Positions 39,795 through 54,798 are shown, counted from the first letter of the stretch. The stretch: DNA of 64,000 nt from Octopus vulgaris (GCA_951406725.2 OX597821.1:6262001-6326000); one strand, 5' to 3'. A program made the numbers and translations. Notes: a model not told the origin generated them from the sequence alone.

Positions 39795-40673
39795 ATATTC
39801 ATGTGTGTGTGTTTTTGTGTCTGTGTTTGTTCCCCACCATTGTTTGACAACTGGTGTTGGTGTGTTTATGTCCCTGTAACTTAGTGATCTGGCAAAAGAG
39901 ATTGATAGAATAAGTACCAGGTTTAAAAATATAAAAAAAAAGATAATAAGCATTGGGGTTAATTTGTTCAACTAAAATTCATCAAGGTGGTGCCCCAGCA
40001 TGGCCACAGCCCAGTTACTGAAAGAAATAAAAGACAAAAGATAACTACTTTGAAATCTGCAGTTCCTCTACCCTGATTACAAATTTACGTTTTTGGTGTA
40101 TTTGAGTCTGTAAAAGCTAGGATTTTCAAGTGAAGTAAGAAATTGGTTAGCATGCACTTTACAAATACAGTCTGTAAGTGGAACCATAAAAGTATGCAAG
40201 ACTTTTCTAAATAAAGTTCAACATGTAATACTTGCCATTGTTATAAAATTCCAGCAATGGAGATTGTTTCTTTGTAAGGAACCAGCTCTGTCCTTACAGA
40301 AAGTATTCTAATACATGGAAAAACCCCCCCAAAAAACACATTCGTACAACCATTATGTTAAATATGCAAATTCGTCTCTTCACTTTACTTTTGTCACTAA
40401 TATCATACAAATATTTGCCAAATTTCCCTCAACTATCCAACTACCACTTGCTTTCTAAAGAATGATACGTTGAATAATGTAGTCCAAGATATGCTAAGAC
40501 ATGTTTGATTTCAGAGTTCAATGTCCTAAGTACTCAAGATTTGTTTGTAAACATTATTTGTATAAGTTTTCCTACTTCCTTCTTCAATGATATCAAACAA
40601 GCAACTGATTCATTGCTCTCCTCAACCCTAAAGCAGGGGTGGGGAGGCTGCAGTGGCTTAAGTCCCTTTAAAG

Positions 40674-41331
40674 CAGGGGTCAATGAACTGGGGTAAATTA
40701 CTCTAAGTGGGGTAAAAATGAAATTCTTGTGGGGTAATGAGGACTCATTAAACGTAAGTAAAATTATATAAAAAACGTGTTCCTTGTTATGACAGAATTT
40801 TTTCTTCTGACAACACTGCATCAGTCCAATGAAATGGATGTGTTTAGGAGACATCACACCATTTTGAACTACAAACAATTTGGTTGTTAAAGCATTGCCT
40901 AGTGACTAAGCATATTATTTGTCAGCTGTCTATTTCCTGCCTTAATCTTATTTTTTGACACAAGTGTTTTTGCTTTGTTTAAGTAGATTTAAATAGTTAT
41001 TCATTTCAACCCTTTAACAAAATTGATTTGACCCTGAAGACTGTATCTAAATTGCTCTGGCATCAAAATGCCCCAATTTTGATGTAATTTCAACAAAAAT
41101 GAAACCTGAAGTGAAAATGTTTCTAGACCAATCCTTTTGTTTCATTATGACGATATTTATTTTATCGTATTTGTTTTATACTTTTTATATTTATAATTGT
41201 ATTCTCCATATAAATAGATTCCATAAAATTTTTGAATTCAAAGAATCTATTATTTTCTTCCTGGTATAAATAACGTTGGTATAAATAAATATATTTTGGG
41301 GCAATTGGTTAAAAAGGTTTCCTGACCCCTG
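40674..41331. mobile_element. hAT (Charlie-like) non-autonomous transposon
   Basis: TIRs caggggtca / tgacccctg. 8-bp TSD ctttaaag/ctctaaag. Confidence 0.75.
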
Positions 41332-42739
41332 CTCTAAAGGATGTGTGTCCCAGCTTCATTTCATAAATGCCATTGTTCAGTAAGCAGCTGTTTAACAATA
41401 CTGAACTCTTAGACCACACCCATACAAAACCTCACCCTATGGCTGAGGAAAATGTGAATAAGTACTCACCAAGACTGAATCAAAATCTATCTGAATTAAA
41501 ATACTATCTAATCAGGATTGACCTGGAGCTAAGCAACAACAAAAATAATGAGATAAACAACAATAGCAATAGAAGTATCTTAAGGCTAACATTTTACAAA
41601 ATTTATAAAAAAGATGCTGTTTAAAAATCATGCTTAAGATCTTTCATGAACAAGAAAAACCACTTCAAATTTAAACCTAAAATAAAGAGAAATTTCAACA
41701 AAAATCAGTTAAAATGATAGCATGTTTTTGGTGTTTGTTAAGTAATGAAATACCTGGGTAAATAGAAAAACAGAGCAGGTGTTTCCAAGTTACTTGGTGA
41801 CCTCGCAAGTGTCATGAAAAAAAGCATCCTGTACACACTAAAATGTGACTGGCATTAGGGAGGGTATCCAGCTATAGAAATGATGCCAGGGCCAACATTG
41901 GAGCTTGATGCAACTCTGTGGCTTGTCAGATCCTGTCAAACTGTAACCCATGCTAGCATGGAAAATGACTGTTAAATGATAACAATGATGATGACGGCGA
42001 CGGTGACGACTGCAATGATGATGATGATGATAAATATGAGGATGATGATGATGATGATGATAATGGTGATGATAATTTAATGACAATGTATATTTAATGA
42101 TATATATATATATATACCATCATTAAAGCAGGGAGCTGGCACAAAAAAGTTAGTACGCCAGGCGAAATGCTTAGTGGTATTTTGTCTGTCTTTACATTCT
42201 GAGTACAAATTCCGCAAAGGTTGACTTTACCTTTCATCTTTTCAGGGTTGATAAATTAAGTACCAGTTGTGTGCCCAAAGTTTCGGGCCTTGTGCCTAGA
42301 GTAGAAAAGGATATATACCATCATCATCATCATCATCATCATCATCATTGTTTTTATGTCTGTTGCAGTCTAATGACTGAAATGACTAACGACTAAAAGG
42401 TAAAAAATAAAAATAATAAAAGAAGCATAAAACATTTTGTACTATAAAAGGCTGAATCAAGAACAAGTGAGATGATTAGACCTGTTTCGTCGTAATAGCA
42501 TGGGTTGAGCAAATTGGTGTCAGTAGCAGATGGTGGTGGTTGTGAAAGCATGTGTTACAATGCAGAACTTACTATTGTGGCTTAAGTATAAATGTGCACA
42601 TCTTTATACAGATTCTGTATATAATACAACTTAAACCTGACTTAATCTTTGTTTCAGAGTATGTGTTATTAGATTTCAAAAACAAATCATGTCCACATTA
42701 TATTAGGATAGTTTAAGAATAGAATTATAATCTAGAAAA

Positions 42740-43134
42740 CTAGCAGTATCGCCCGGCATTGCTCGGGTTTGTAAGGGAAATAACTATATAAGCATTTTTA
42801 GAGAGTTATAGCCAAAAGATAGCAAAAAAATACATTAAAATGGAAAAAAATGATGGTAAATTTTTTTTAAAAATCGTTGACTCATCGTAGACATTTTTAG
42901 GGAGTTACTTCCTTATATAATAGCGAAAAAATGCATTAAAATGGAAAAAAATGATGGTAAATTTTTTTTTAATCATAGACTCATCGTAGACGCGCGCTAA
43001 TACCCAGAAGGACTCGATATGAATCACGACTGTAAGATACCTGAATTTGGTTAAACTGCACCGCAAAATGTGGGAGTAGTTAGGAATCTAAATTGTAGGA
43101 GACAGACACACAACCTTACTTTTATATATAAAGA
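42740..43134 (-). mobile_element. Non-autonomous Helitron (same family), with internal ~100-bp duplication
   Basis: Reverse complement of 17687-18085 termini. The block cattttta..gactcatcgtagac occurs twice. Confidence 0.85.
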
Positions 43135-43219
43135 TTTATCATTTTTGGTGGGTGTGTGATAGCGTTCACTGGACATGCGTAGAATATGCAATTCTGGTCA
43201 GTACTTTATTCACTTTTCT

Positions 43220-43443
43220 TATGTTCATTTAGGTTATTCTGTCAAATGTAATGCATATTTATTCACATTGTTTCGAATTAATCATATATTATCTTGTAAC
43301 TTGGAGATTTTGATGATGTGACTGTTTATATTCTTAGTATGACATAGTAAGGTAGGAATGAGAGTTTGGATCTTGTCAATTTTAACATAACACAGGTAGA
43401 ATATTTAGGCTGGATATGACTGGATTGAATGCTAAAGGGTTAA
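43220..43443 (-). mobile_element. piggyBac-like MITE fragment
   Basis: Reverse-complement homology to 56445-56645. GGG-TTAA terminus. Confidence 0.55.
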
Positions 43444-44419
43444 ATAATGTTGTCAGTGAAACTGAAATTTCAAAGGTAGATTCTAGAATCTGTTGTATAA
43501 ATAAATGATAGGTCTGCTTCGACAATTTGTAACAACAAAAAGTTAGCAAAGATGATGGAGAGTGGGGACTGACGTGAATAACGATATGCTGTGCTTAAGA
43601 AGACCCATCCATCTCAGCAGAATTCAGCCTTCCCCAGACCTCACCTTCTAACACTCACTCTTCCAGCAATCTTCTGAGTTGCCCTATTTCTTTCACTTCC
43701 TCCTCTCCACTGAACTAATATCCTCTGCATCCAACTCATTCCTTATCACTAATCATCTGTCACACTATTTTCACTCACTGCACTTACCTACACATATGGC
43801 TTTTCTACTCATAAAGGAGAGAAGAAATCTAGTGTTTCATGTTGGATCCTTTATTTGAGAGAAATTTCAAAGGTTTAGTTTATCCCAAGTCATCCTTAAA
43901 AATCAGTTTTCTTCCAAGCCATCTTAAAAAGCTAGAACCAATCAGTGTTAAGAACAATGATGAAAATGGGTTTTAGGAACAAGAGAGGTGTTAAGGTTTG
44001 TGAAACTGAGGTTGCAAAGGATGTAGAAATAGATATTAAGGGTTATGTCCCTCCCTTACTGTGAGCTGAAATGTAGGGTAATGCATATAGTGCCACTATT
44101 TCCATCAGTTCTTAAGGGATTGTAATGCTATTTTTTTAAAACTCTGTATACATATCCTTTTGTATTATATCAGTCAAGTCCAGTATAATTCAAAGTTAGG
44201 TTCTGCATCACCATATATTGAAGATATAATGATAAGGCATAACCAGCAGTACTATGTAATTAGTTTGACACTGAAAGGAAGAAACAAAGTAGTTCAACAT
44301 TTCGGATTGTAGTCCTTCATAGTAGTCTTGTTTGATTTTGTTGGTTTTTCATTGTATTTTTGTTCTTGAATACTTTTTTAATATATTTATGTTATATATT
44401 GAACATATATTTATATATG

Positions 44420-44722
44420 TTGTTTGTTCCTTCTTGAGCTACGCCTGGCTCATTAGGGCCAGTTTCCCGGTTTCCTTGGCATATAGGTTCCCCACTTGGA
44501 CGGGACGCCAGTCCGTTGCAGGTGAGCTACAAAATGCAGGAGGAAAGAATGAGAGAAAGTTGTGGCGAAAGAGTCAGCAGAAGTTTTATCATTACCTTCT
44601 GCCGGAGCCGCGTAGAGCTTAGGTATTTCGCTCATAAACACACACATCACCCGGTCTGAGATTTGAACCTGCGATCCCTCGACCGTGAGTCCACTGCTCT
44701 AACCACTAGGCCATGTGCTTCC
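44420..44722 (-). mobile_element. SINE family C, tail type i
   Basis: tRNA head at 44722, (AAC)n tail. Confidence 0.85.
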
Positions 44723-44770
44723 ACATATTTATATATGTATTGTTTGTAATTTGTATATGTAAATAAAGTA

Positions 44771-45085
44771 GGAGGCACATGGCCTAGTGGTTAGAGCAGT
44801 GGACTCGCGATCGAGGGATCATGGGTTCAAATCTCAGACCAGGTGATGTGTGTGTTTATGAGTGAAACACCTAAGCTCCATGCAACTCCGACAGAAGGTA
44901 ATGGCAAACTTCTGCTGACTCTTTCACCACAACTCTCTCTCTCACTCTTTCCTCCTGCATCTAACAGCTCGCATGCAACATACCGGTGTCCCATCCAGGT
45001 GGAGAACCTGTATGCCAATGAAACCAGGAAACTAGTCCTTAAGAACCAGGTATGGCTCAAAAAGGAACAAACAACAACAACAACA
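44771..45085 (+). mobile_element. SINE family C, tail type i
   Basis: Inverted partner of 44420-44722. Confidence 0.85.
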
Positions 45086-45426
45086 ATAAATAAAGTAAAG
45101 TAAAGTAAGCTCCTCTGGATATTACTGCTTCACTTTAGGATTCATAGGGCTAGTCACATGGTTTCCGTGGTGTATAAGTAACCCTGGTCACAACACTACA
45201 TCTGGACGGGATGCCTCTCTGCTGCAGGGTTACTCATTTTGAGCTGAGTGCACATGAAATTATGTGTTTTGCTCAAGAACACAATGCACTGCATGGCTTG
45301 GGAACTGAAACTACAAACTTGCAATTGTTAAGATGTATATCCGCAAGGACATGCACTTTTGCAATTTGTATATATCAAAAGGATGTGTTATAATACTATT
45401 CCACAGCTATACCTACAATCCAATAA

Positions 45427-45737
45427 TCACCGTGATCACCGTGATTGACCAGGCTATCAGATGTTGTTACACATCGCTGGTCACAATGCGCTTCATATTG
45501 TTTTAGCCTTCAAATGACGCCACCCCGCTGGCTAAGTGAGCAGGCCAACAGAAGAAAGAGTGAGAGAAAGTTGTGGCGAAAGAGTACAGCAGGGATCGCT
45601 ACCACCTCCTGCCGGAGGCCCGTGGAGCTTTGGGTGAATTCGCTCAATAAACACACACAACGCCCGGTCTGGGAATCGAAACCGCGCTCCTATGACCGCA
45701 AGTCCGCTGCCCTAACCACTGGGCCATTGCGCCTCCA
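45427..45737 (-). mobile_element. SINE family C, tail type ii
   Basis: Matches 22878-23186. Confidence 0.85.
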
Positions 45738-46328
45738 CATACAATCCAATAATACTGTTCCACATATACAAAAAACAGCCATACCAACAATCTGACATGC
45801 CTCTATCATCAGCTGCCCAACGGATATCATTATGGTTTCAACACAAATAAGATGATATACATCGTTAAATATATGGAATTAGCATAGGATCTTTAATCAT
45901 TAAATTGATATGTAAATCAGTCCTGTTCATATCTATTTGCTATCTTAACTTACTCTATATGTTTGTAAATTTAGCTTTGCGTTATTCAACAAATGATATA
46001 CATGCTCTCTCTTTCTCTTCCTTTCTCTTTACATCTCTCTCGTCATCATCGTCATCATTGTTTAACATCCACTTTCCATGTTGACATGGGTTGGACAATT
46101 TGACTAAGGACTGGCAAGCCAGGAGGCTGCACCAGGCTCCAATCTGATCTGGCAAGGTTTCTATAGCTGGATGTCCTTCTTAATGCCAACTATTCCGAGA
46201 GTGTAGTGGGTGCTTTTTATGTGCCACAGGCATTTGTGTCTTATGATTTATCTTTAGTCATTGACCATTATTCAGTAAATACACATCATCTTTTTGGACA
46301 TTTGCATCATTCAAATGGTCTTTTTTGT

Positions 46329-46379
<51 letters not shown>

Positions 46380-46792
46380 AGTAACAATAGAAAGAAAGAG
46401 CAAGGGTGGGAGAGTAAGGAAGAGACTGCAAGAGAGAGTGAGGATGTGAGCAAGAGAAAATGAGAATGAGGAAGATACTATAAGAGAGAGAGAGAGTAGG
46501 CACAAGATTACAAAGTAGGGTGAGGAGGAGAGTGAGAGAGAGTGAGAGTGAAAGAAAGAGAGAGAAAAAGAGAAAGCCAATGAGACAGGAATAGACAACG
46601 AGAGAAGTAAGAATGACAAAGGAAAAGACAGATGGAGAGAGGTGGAGAGAGAGAAAGCAGTAGAAAGAAAGAAAGAGATAAAAAAAGAGATAGAGAGAAA
46701 GAAAAACATATAAATAGAGAGAAAATACTTTGTTACCAACAATAAATTCTGTAGCCCCAAGTCTTCTCCCACTTCACATCACACCTTTAAAT

Positions 46793-46836
<44 letters not shown>

Positions 46837-47411
46837 TAATCAATCAATCAAATGAGTCATTTATTTCCCAATGCTAAGTAAATAACTTCCTTTTCATTTC
46901 TCCTCAACTTTCAGTTTTCGGCTTACCAATTTCCAGTTTTCTTCAAATCTATTTCATCCATGTCTCAGTCTTCTTTATTTTCTTGTTTCTTTTGCCGTCC
47001 CTCAGAATTCAGTTTGTCAGTTTCTTAACTTACAAGTTATCATGTTTGTTTCCATACTATTACTGAATTTCAAAACTTATAAATAGTTATTTACATAAAC
47101 TTTCATTTGGTGTTCCACAGCTTACTAAATATTCTTGGATTGTAGGAAGGTTTAGTTTTTTCTTCTTTGCTTTCTACTACTTTTATTTCTTCTTGTTTTT
47201 ATAAGAGGATTAAGGTTTGGAGAGATTAAGGAACAGCTTAGAAATAATAATTAGAATTTACTTCTAACTAATCAGCATTTATAGCTAATAATTATTGGAT
47301 TAACTCAAAAATAATCTTGCTCAATAAATCCAACATTTGAATCTCTTCCAATCACTCAAAACTGGAATCAGTCTAGTTTAATCACTGAATTTTTAAGATG
47401 CTCTGTCTGTG

Positions 47412-47484
<73 letters not shown>

Positions 47485-47673
47485 ACACATGTATATGTAT
47501 ATTTATATGTGTATGTGAATGAGAGTGAGGGTGGGGTGTGGTGTGCAGCAGGCATAGCCATGTGGTTAATAAGACTGTTCTGCAACCATGTACTTTAGAG
47601 TTCAATTCCGTTTGGCAGTACTTTGGCAGGTATTTTATTACTATCATTTTGATGGATCAATACATCGAAGGAG

Positions 47674-47890
47674 TAAGGCTGCGAGCTGGCAGAAACGTTA
47701 GCATGCTGGGTGAAGTGCTTAGCGGTATTTTGTCTGTTGTTACATTCCGAGTTCAAATTTGTCGAGGTTGACTTTGCCTTTCATTCTTTCGGGGTCGATT
47801 AAATAAGTATCAGTTACACACTGGGGTGGTTATCGACTTAATCCCTTTGTCCCCTCTATGTTTAGCCCCCTGTGGGCAATAAAGAAATAA
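47674..47890 (+). mobile_element. SINE family B (others at ~28010-28218+, 42125-42312+, 53840-54030-, 60005-60155-)
   Basis: Homology to the 7565-9050 units. Confidence 0.8.
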
Positions 47891-48012
47891 ATACTATGAA
47901 GGAGTTTCTTATTTGTGTGTATGTTTGTATGCGTGTGTGTATGTGTGTGTGTGTGTGTATGTGTGCGTGTGTGTGTTTATGTATGTATGCATGTATGTAT
48001 GTATGTATGTAA

Positions 48013-48103
<91 letters not shown>

Positions 48104-48500
48104 TGTATGTATGCATATGTGTTTTGAGGAGTATGGGACTACTACTTATCCCCTATTTTTCCTAGGTCTACTCTGACCCTTAGTAGCATTTGTCATAATC
48201 CTGGTTATGAGTTAACACACATGTGAGCCAATGGGAGTGAAGGACCCCTATTTCTTGTTAGAGTTCTTTCAAGAAGGTAAACTTGAATAAAATGCCAGAA
48301 GGGCAGGTTGGTCTCTGATCGTCTCAACCTCTGTTGTGCCACTGGTTTTATAGTTGATTGCATTGAAAAGTGGGTTCCATGCTGTGCCAAACACTATCCA
48401 CTCAAAACAAATTCACACACAGGAAGGTTTTGGAGTCTCGGAATGTTTGCAAGGACTTACTGAGTTTAGGAAGGAGTTGTACTTGGTCACAAATGTATTT

Positions 48501-48542
<42 letters not shown>

Positions 48543-48767
48543 GCAATTAAGATTCAAGTGAGTTCCAGTGAATTCACATGAATGCGGTACTTAACTTAGA
48601 TGCACCAGAAATCTTTATGGTGTTAACCATAAAATAATGTGGGGTGATTATAAACAAGAAAAAAGCATTTGCATTTGCTGCAATATTTGCAGCTTTTAAT
48701 AAAGCTGTTCTTCGTATAAAACAATTGTACTGAACAACTAATCCATTCTTGTTGCTTTTTTCTTGTG

Positions 48768-48817
<50 letters not shown>

Positions 48818-49197
48818 TACATGCATACATCTATCTGTGGAATGCTGGCTATCCCCACTCACTTATGTATTTATGTATTTGAAGCCGAGGCTATCCAACA
48901 TTGCTACTCAGGTTTTCATTTGTCTTTCACAGCAACAAAGCTGTGTCAGCTTTGAATAAATTAATACAGTCTACAAATATTGGCTATTCTTTTCCTGGTT
49001 GTAAATCCAAATGCACACATGCATGTGTGCACATGTGTGCAGTTCTATTATTAGAGTTAAAAGTAAACATTGTTTTGTATACACAAGATTTAAATGCAAC
49101 TATTCTAAGTTTCATGCCTCTGATAATATAATGGTTGGATGAGCTTGTATAGCATGCTGTATATTATCAGTCACTCAGTCATGTTCAAAATATTAAA

Positions 49198-49248
<51 letters not shown>

Positions 49249-49929
49249 TATATTACAGCAGTATCAGCACCAAACAGTGTTTAGGCATAAGTGAACTTCA
49301 GGTTAGTTAAAATTACGTTTGTAAAATCCCCATATCTGTTCAGTGCTGCACCCCGACAGATTCCCAGATGCGTTTCTAGCTCTTTAGCCATTACTGATGG
49401 GAAATACTGAAGAGAAGCAACTCTGGACAGACTTATTAAAGCTGTAGCTTTAACTAAAACTCAGACAACAATGTCGACTGAGTTGGAGTTGTGCCATTAG
49501 ACTGCCAAAGCAGACCAATGCAACTTTGTGCAATCCTCTGGCTTACCAGCTCACCAGCTCACCAGCATGGAAGACAGATATCAAATGATGATAAGGATGA
49601 TGATGACATACATACATACATATATATATATGTATGTATGTTTTAGAAGCTCCAAGGAAGCTATAAGGTGGTGCACAAGCACTCAGTTCTGATATATATA
49701 TATGTGTGTGTGTGTGTATCATTATCATCATTTTATGTCCATTTTACCATTGTAATAGGGATTGGATGGATTCATCCAATTTAGTTCTAGTTCAGAGTAA
49801 CCACACTTCTAGATAGTTCTATGTCATGCTCATAAATTCCATTTCTGACATTGTTTTTATGGCTGGATGCCTTTCCTATCACCAACCCTTTTCCCCAATG
49901 CACTGGATGCATGTTTTATCAAAGCACCA

Positions 49930-50090
49930 TCACCAGAGTGTTTGCTTTCTTTCCTATGAAATTAATGTGTCCTTTGTACCTTGTATTCTTCCCAGTTGTT
50001 CATCCATCAGCACCCAGACAGATTGTCTTGTTCCTAATGGCACAAAAGTCTACCCTCTTCTCTGCATTGTCTCCATTCTCTTGTCCTTTC
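49930..50090 (-). pseudogene. Highly degraded RTE APE-endonuclease N-terminal fragment
   Basis: KRVDFCAI..GKNTRYK resembles the RRVDVCCIQE..GK..RYK segment of RTE APE domains. It lies next to an RTE 3'-end-like sequence. Confidence 0.35.
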
Positions 50091-50341
50091 CTTTCGACAT
50101 AATGAGTAGGAAGAAGAAGGAATAATAGAAGAGCTCCAGGATGATACAAGGAGTTAGGGATAGAAGAGAGAGAGAGGGGGGAGTGTGTATGTGTGTGGTA
50201 AACAACCAAATCATTTATAAGTCATTATAAAATTTGTGGTTTTGTGCCAAAGTTAGTCATTTTCTATTATTTATGAAGAGCATTGTTTTAAGTGTTTAAG
50301 TGTCTGTTGCACTCATACATAATATTATTCAGCAGCCAATA

Positions 50342-50381
<40 letters not shown>

Positions 50382-50452
50382 CATATAAATGTGTGTGTGT
50401 ACTTGTGCATGGGTATACATGTAAATGCATGTGTGTATATGTATGTATGTAA

Positions 50453-50525
<73 letters not shown>

Positions 50526-50951
50526 CACACACACATACATGTACACATACACATTCATATATATACATATATACACAAACTCCACAAACCTGTATCTATA
50601 TATGGAAAAAGGATGCTTAGTTGTCTCTCACACTTGTGAGTAAGAACTGGTAGTTTCTATCATGCTTTTGTCAATTGTTCTAGGTGTCCTATACTGTTGT
50701 GAGCAGACACAGACAGACTCTTGACCTTCTCATCTCTGACTCAACAGAACAAAAAGGATGTGATAGCTGGAAGGAGGGAGAGCTGTTGCACAAGATCTCA
50801 GGTGGTGCTCATTTCCAGTTAAGTAGACTGGTACAACATGAAATAATATCCCTTGTTTATGGATATAACATGCTGCCCAGTCCAAGAATTGAAGCTATGA
50901 CTTTACAATCATGAATCCCAGCACCCAACTAGGTCACACACTTTCTTGGCT

Positions 50952-51019
<68 letters not shown>

Positions 51020-51318
51020 TTGAAGTTACTGTCAATATTATTCTTGTTAAAGAATACTAAATAAATTTTTACACTTCAGATTAATGTAAAATTGCTTTAT
51101 TATAATTAAACATAAAAACAAGAATTAATATATGTGTGTGTGTGTGTATATATATACATATATACACATATATATATGTACACACACACACACACATATA
51201 TATATACACATACATATATATACATATATATATGTATGTATATATATATGTATATATGTGTATATGTATATGTATGTATATATCCATATATATATGTATT
51301 TATATATACATATATTAG

Positions 51319-51351
<33 letters not shown>

Positions 51352-51396
51352 GTCTGTGTATATATATATGTGTGTGTATATATCCATATATATGTG

Positions 51397-51435
<39 letters not shown>

Positions 51436-52349
51436 TTTGTATGTAAGTATGTATGTACATACGTATGCATTTGTATATACATGAGTGTATGTGTTGACAT
51501 TTGGCATCCTCACATGAAAAGAGTTGAACAAAAAGCCAGTGACATTTATTGACATTCCCTGCCGATGAATTAATTGTTCCATAGCTTTCTGTGCTTTCAA
51601 AGATGTGTGGAATAAAACTCCATTACTTGAAAAACAGGTATGGATTACTGACAGGAAAAATCATCAAGTTTTAAAGTAATACCTCACTATATATTTGTCA
51701 AACCCAGGCCAGCATGGCAAATGGACATTAAATAAACAAATGAATGATTAACTGAATCTATTGGCCTGTTTGTCCATCTGTCTGTCCTTCTGTCTGTGTC
51801 TCTGTGTATGTGTTTGTTTATATCACCCTCGTCCATTTTCACGCTGGCATGGGTTGGACGGTTTGGCTAGAGTTGGCAAGCTGGAGAGCTGCACCAGGTA
51901 CCAGTCATGTGTTTTGGTTTGGTTTCTACATCTGGATGCCCTTCCTAATGCCAACCCCTTAACAGAGTTTTCTGGATGCCTTTTACATGGCTCTAGCACA
52001 GATGGTTTTTATGTGGTACTGGCACATTTTATGTAAGACTAGCACAGGCGCTTTTTATGTGGCGCTAGCACTGACAGGGCCACTGAGTAACTTGCAAGAC
52101 AAAATCCCCTTCAGCTGGGAAGGGAGCATTAACCAAGGTGGTTTAGATTATCAAGCTGAGAAGGGAGAATTTCTATATAAATTAATGTTTGTTTTTATGT
52201 CATTATATATATTTGGTATTTCTTAGAAGAGTACATTCTTATTAAACTTTTACAAAAAGAGAAGAGGGATGATGACAGTGACCGACTACAAACTTTTGGC
52301 CTGCTAGTCCTTCTTGGACTTTATACCGATATATATATATATATTATTT

Positions 52350-52726
52350 TTTTACTTGTTTCAGTCATGAAACTATGGCTATGTTGGGGCACCACCTACA
52401 GTTGACCCCAGTACTTATTTTTCTGTATTAAACCTGGTACTTTTGGTATCTTTTTACAAACTGCTAAGTTACAGGGATGTAAACACACCGACATTAGTTG
52501 TCAAGCAGTGGGGACAAATACAGATGCAAAGATACACACACACATACACACAGATGCAAGATGCACACACACACATGCATGCACATGTGCAATGTCTACT
52601 GAACCTACTCACAAGGCTTTGGTCAGCCTGAGTAATAGTAGAAGACACTTGCCCAAGGTGCCACCCAGTGGGACTGAATCTGGAACTATGTGGTTGAGAA
52701 GCAAGCTTCTTACAACACTGCTACAC

Positions 52727-52730
<4 letters not shown>
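52350..52730 (-). mobile_element. SINE family A
   Basis: Diverged reverse-complement homology. Confidence 0.72.
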
Positions 52731-52811
<81 letters not shown>

Positions 52812-52847
52812 CACAACAGAGAGTAGTCACTATATTCCCTTCCATAT

Positions 52848-52935
52848 TGGCTAACTCTGATGAGCATAAAGTTATATAATTGGTTTGTTACCTCCATTGT
52901 GTTCTTTACGTCAAACTGATTGGTAAGACCAGCCA
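52848..52935 (+). ncRNA. Decayed hammerhead-like motif in a short island following (TA)n
   Basis: CT-CTGATGA-GCATAAAG..CTTTACGT-CAAA-CTGATTG-GTA-AG, with distal TGGCT/AGCCA pairing. G12 mutated. Confidence 0.45.
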
Positions 52936-53024
52936 TGAAGGATATTTAATACTATAATATACCCATAATAGATCCACTCTACTGACAGATATACGAAACT
53001 TATGGTCTCTTCGATGACTCTTGA

Positions 53025-53055
<31 letters not shown>

Positions 53056-54102
53056 TATGTAGATAGATAGATTGATAGATAGACAGACAGACAGATGGAT
53101 GGACAGACATATGGATGGATTGATGGGTGGATAGATTGATAAATAGATAGATAGATATGTACACACATATATATACTAGTCTAAAGAATCCTAAAATGAA
53201 ACTACCAGTCACTAAAATAAATTGGTTTTTCCAATTCCAATTTCCATTGTTTAATGTACAAGAATACCTCAACTAAATGATTCAATTGCTTCCATACATC
53301 CACTCATTAAGTAAAAGATCATTATGTGAGAAGCAAATTTACGTACAATTAATATTATAAATGGCAGTCATGCTCTTGATTGTAATGACTGGCTATTCTG
53401 GAATTACCAAATCTATTTAGTCCTTAAATTTGCCAGACATTTTATCATGGAGTATAATTAGGCCATCTCATTAAAATTGTAAAACTACTGACAATGAAAA
53501 CCAGTTAGAATACGCTACATCATTTTAAAAATTATCTAGATTTATATCTCTCTACTTGTTAACTATTTTCATTAGCTATGTTACGTTAAATTATGCTAGA
53601 TCTTGCAAGAATTAGCTAAGTTTGTGACCTCAATTGGAAGGGTAAATTACCATATTTGCTGGTGTGTAAGATGCACTTTTTTAGTTTTTCAATTTATCAA
53701 AAAATTGTCATGTGTCTAATGTGGTCGTACTATGGATGGAAGATTGCATGCTGCAGGCTAGAGAAATCAAATAAACATAAGTTTGTTAGGCACAGAAATT
53801 ATCACAATAATGAAGTATTGAAAACTAGTCAAAATGTCCTTTCCCTTATAGGCACAAGGCCTGCAATTTTTTGGAGAAGGGGGCTAGTTGAATCCAGTGT
53901 TCAATTGGTACTTATTTTATTGACCCCAAAAGAATGAAAGGCAAATTTGAACTCAGAACGTAAAGACAGACAAAATACCACTAAGCGTTTTGTCCAGCAT
54001 GCTAACAATTCTGTCAGCTCGCTGCCTTGAAACTAGTCAAAATATTACAGTGTGTTAGTGCAAAAATAATGAAAATTGCTTATGGTATCATCATCCACCA
54101 CC

Positions 54103-54133
<31 letters not shown>

Positions 54134-54499
54134 ACATCATCAACCTTTAACATCTGTTTTCAATGCTGGCATGAGTTGGATGATTTGACCAGAACTGGCA
54201 AACCAGAGAGCTGCAACAGGTTCCAGTCTGATTTGGCATGGTTTCTATGGCTGAATGCCCAACCTAACCCCAGCAATTTTACAGTATGTGCTGGGTGCTT
54301 TTTATGAGGCACCAGAATAAGGACTTTTATGTGGTATACAGGTCGTTATGTGGACAGGTAACATCATCTCATTATACTTTCTTCACCAGCAGACAGAATC
54401 CACACTTGATATGTGTCTTACATTATTTAATAACTGTTACTTTTATCTTTTTTTTTTAACTTGCTTTAGTCATACTGGAGCACTGCCTTGAGGAACTTT

Positions 54500-54798
54500 G
54501 TTGTTGTTGTTTGTTCCTTCTTGAGCCATGCCTGGCTCATAAGGGTTTCCTGGTTTCATTGGCATATAAGTTCCCTACCTGGATGGGATGCCAGTCCATT
54601 ACAAGTGAGCTGCTAGATGCAGGAGGAAAGAGTGAGAGATGTGGCAAAATAGTCAGCAGAAGTTCGCCATTACCTTATGCTCGAGCCATGTGGAGCTTAG
54701 GTGTTTTGCTCATAAACACACACACCTGGTCTGAGATTTGGACCCACAATCCCTTGACTGCAAGTTTGCTGCTATAACCACTAGGCCATGCGCCTCTA
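54500..54798 (-). mobile_element. SINE family C nested in a family A SINE
   Basis: TSD cttgaggaa(c/t)ttt on both sides. Confidence 0.82.

Noticed and set aside
48680-48720. Minus-strand ACGAAGA-A-CAGCTTT..AAAGCTG-CAAA hammerhead-like motif in a TA-flanked island
   Set aside because: Too many core mismatches and no stem I; at best a very decayed relic.
49340-49545. Complex unique sequence as a candidate exon
   Set aside because: The frames I translated close quickly and show no recognisable peptide.
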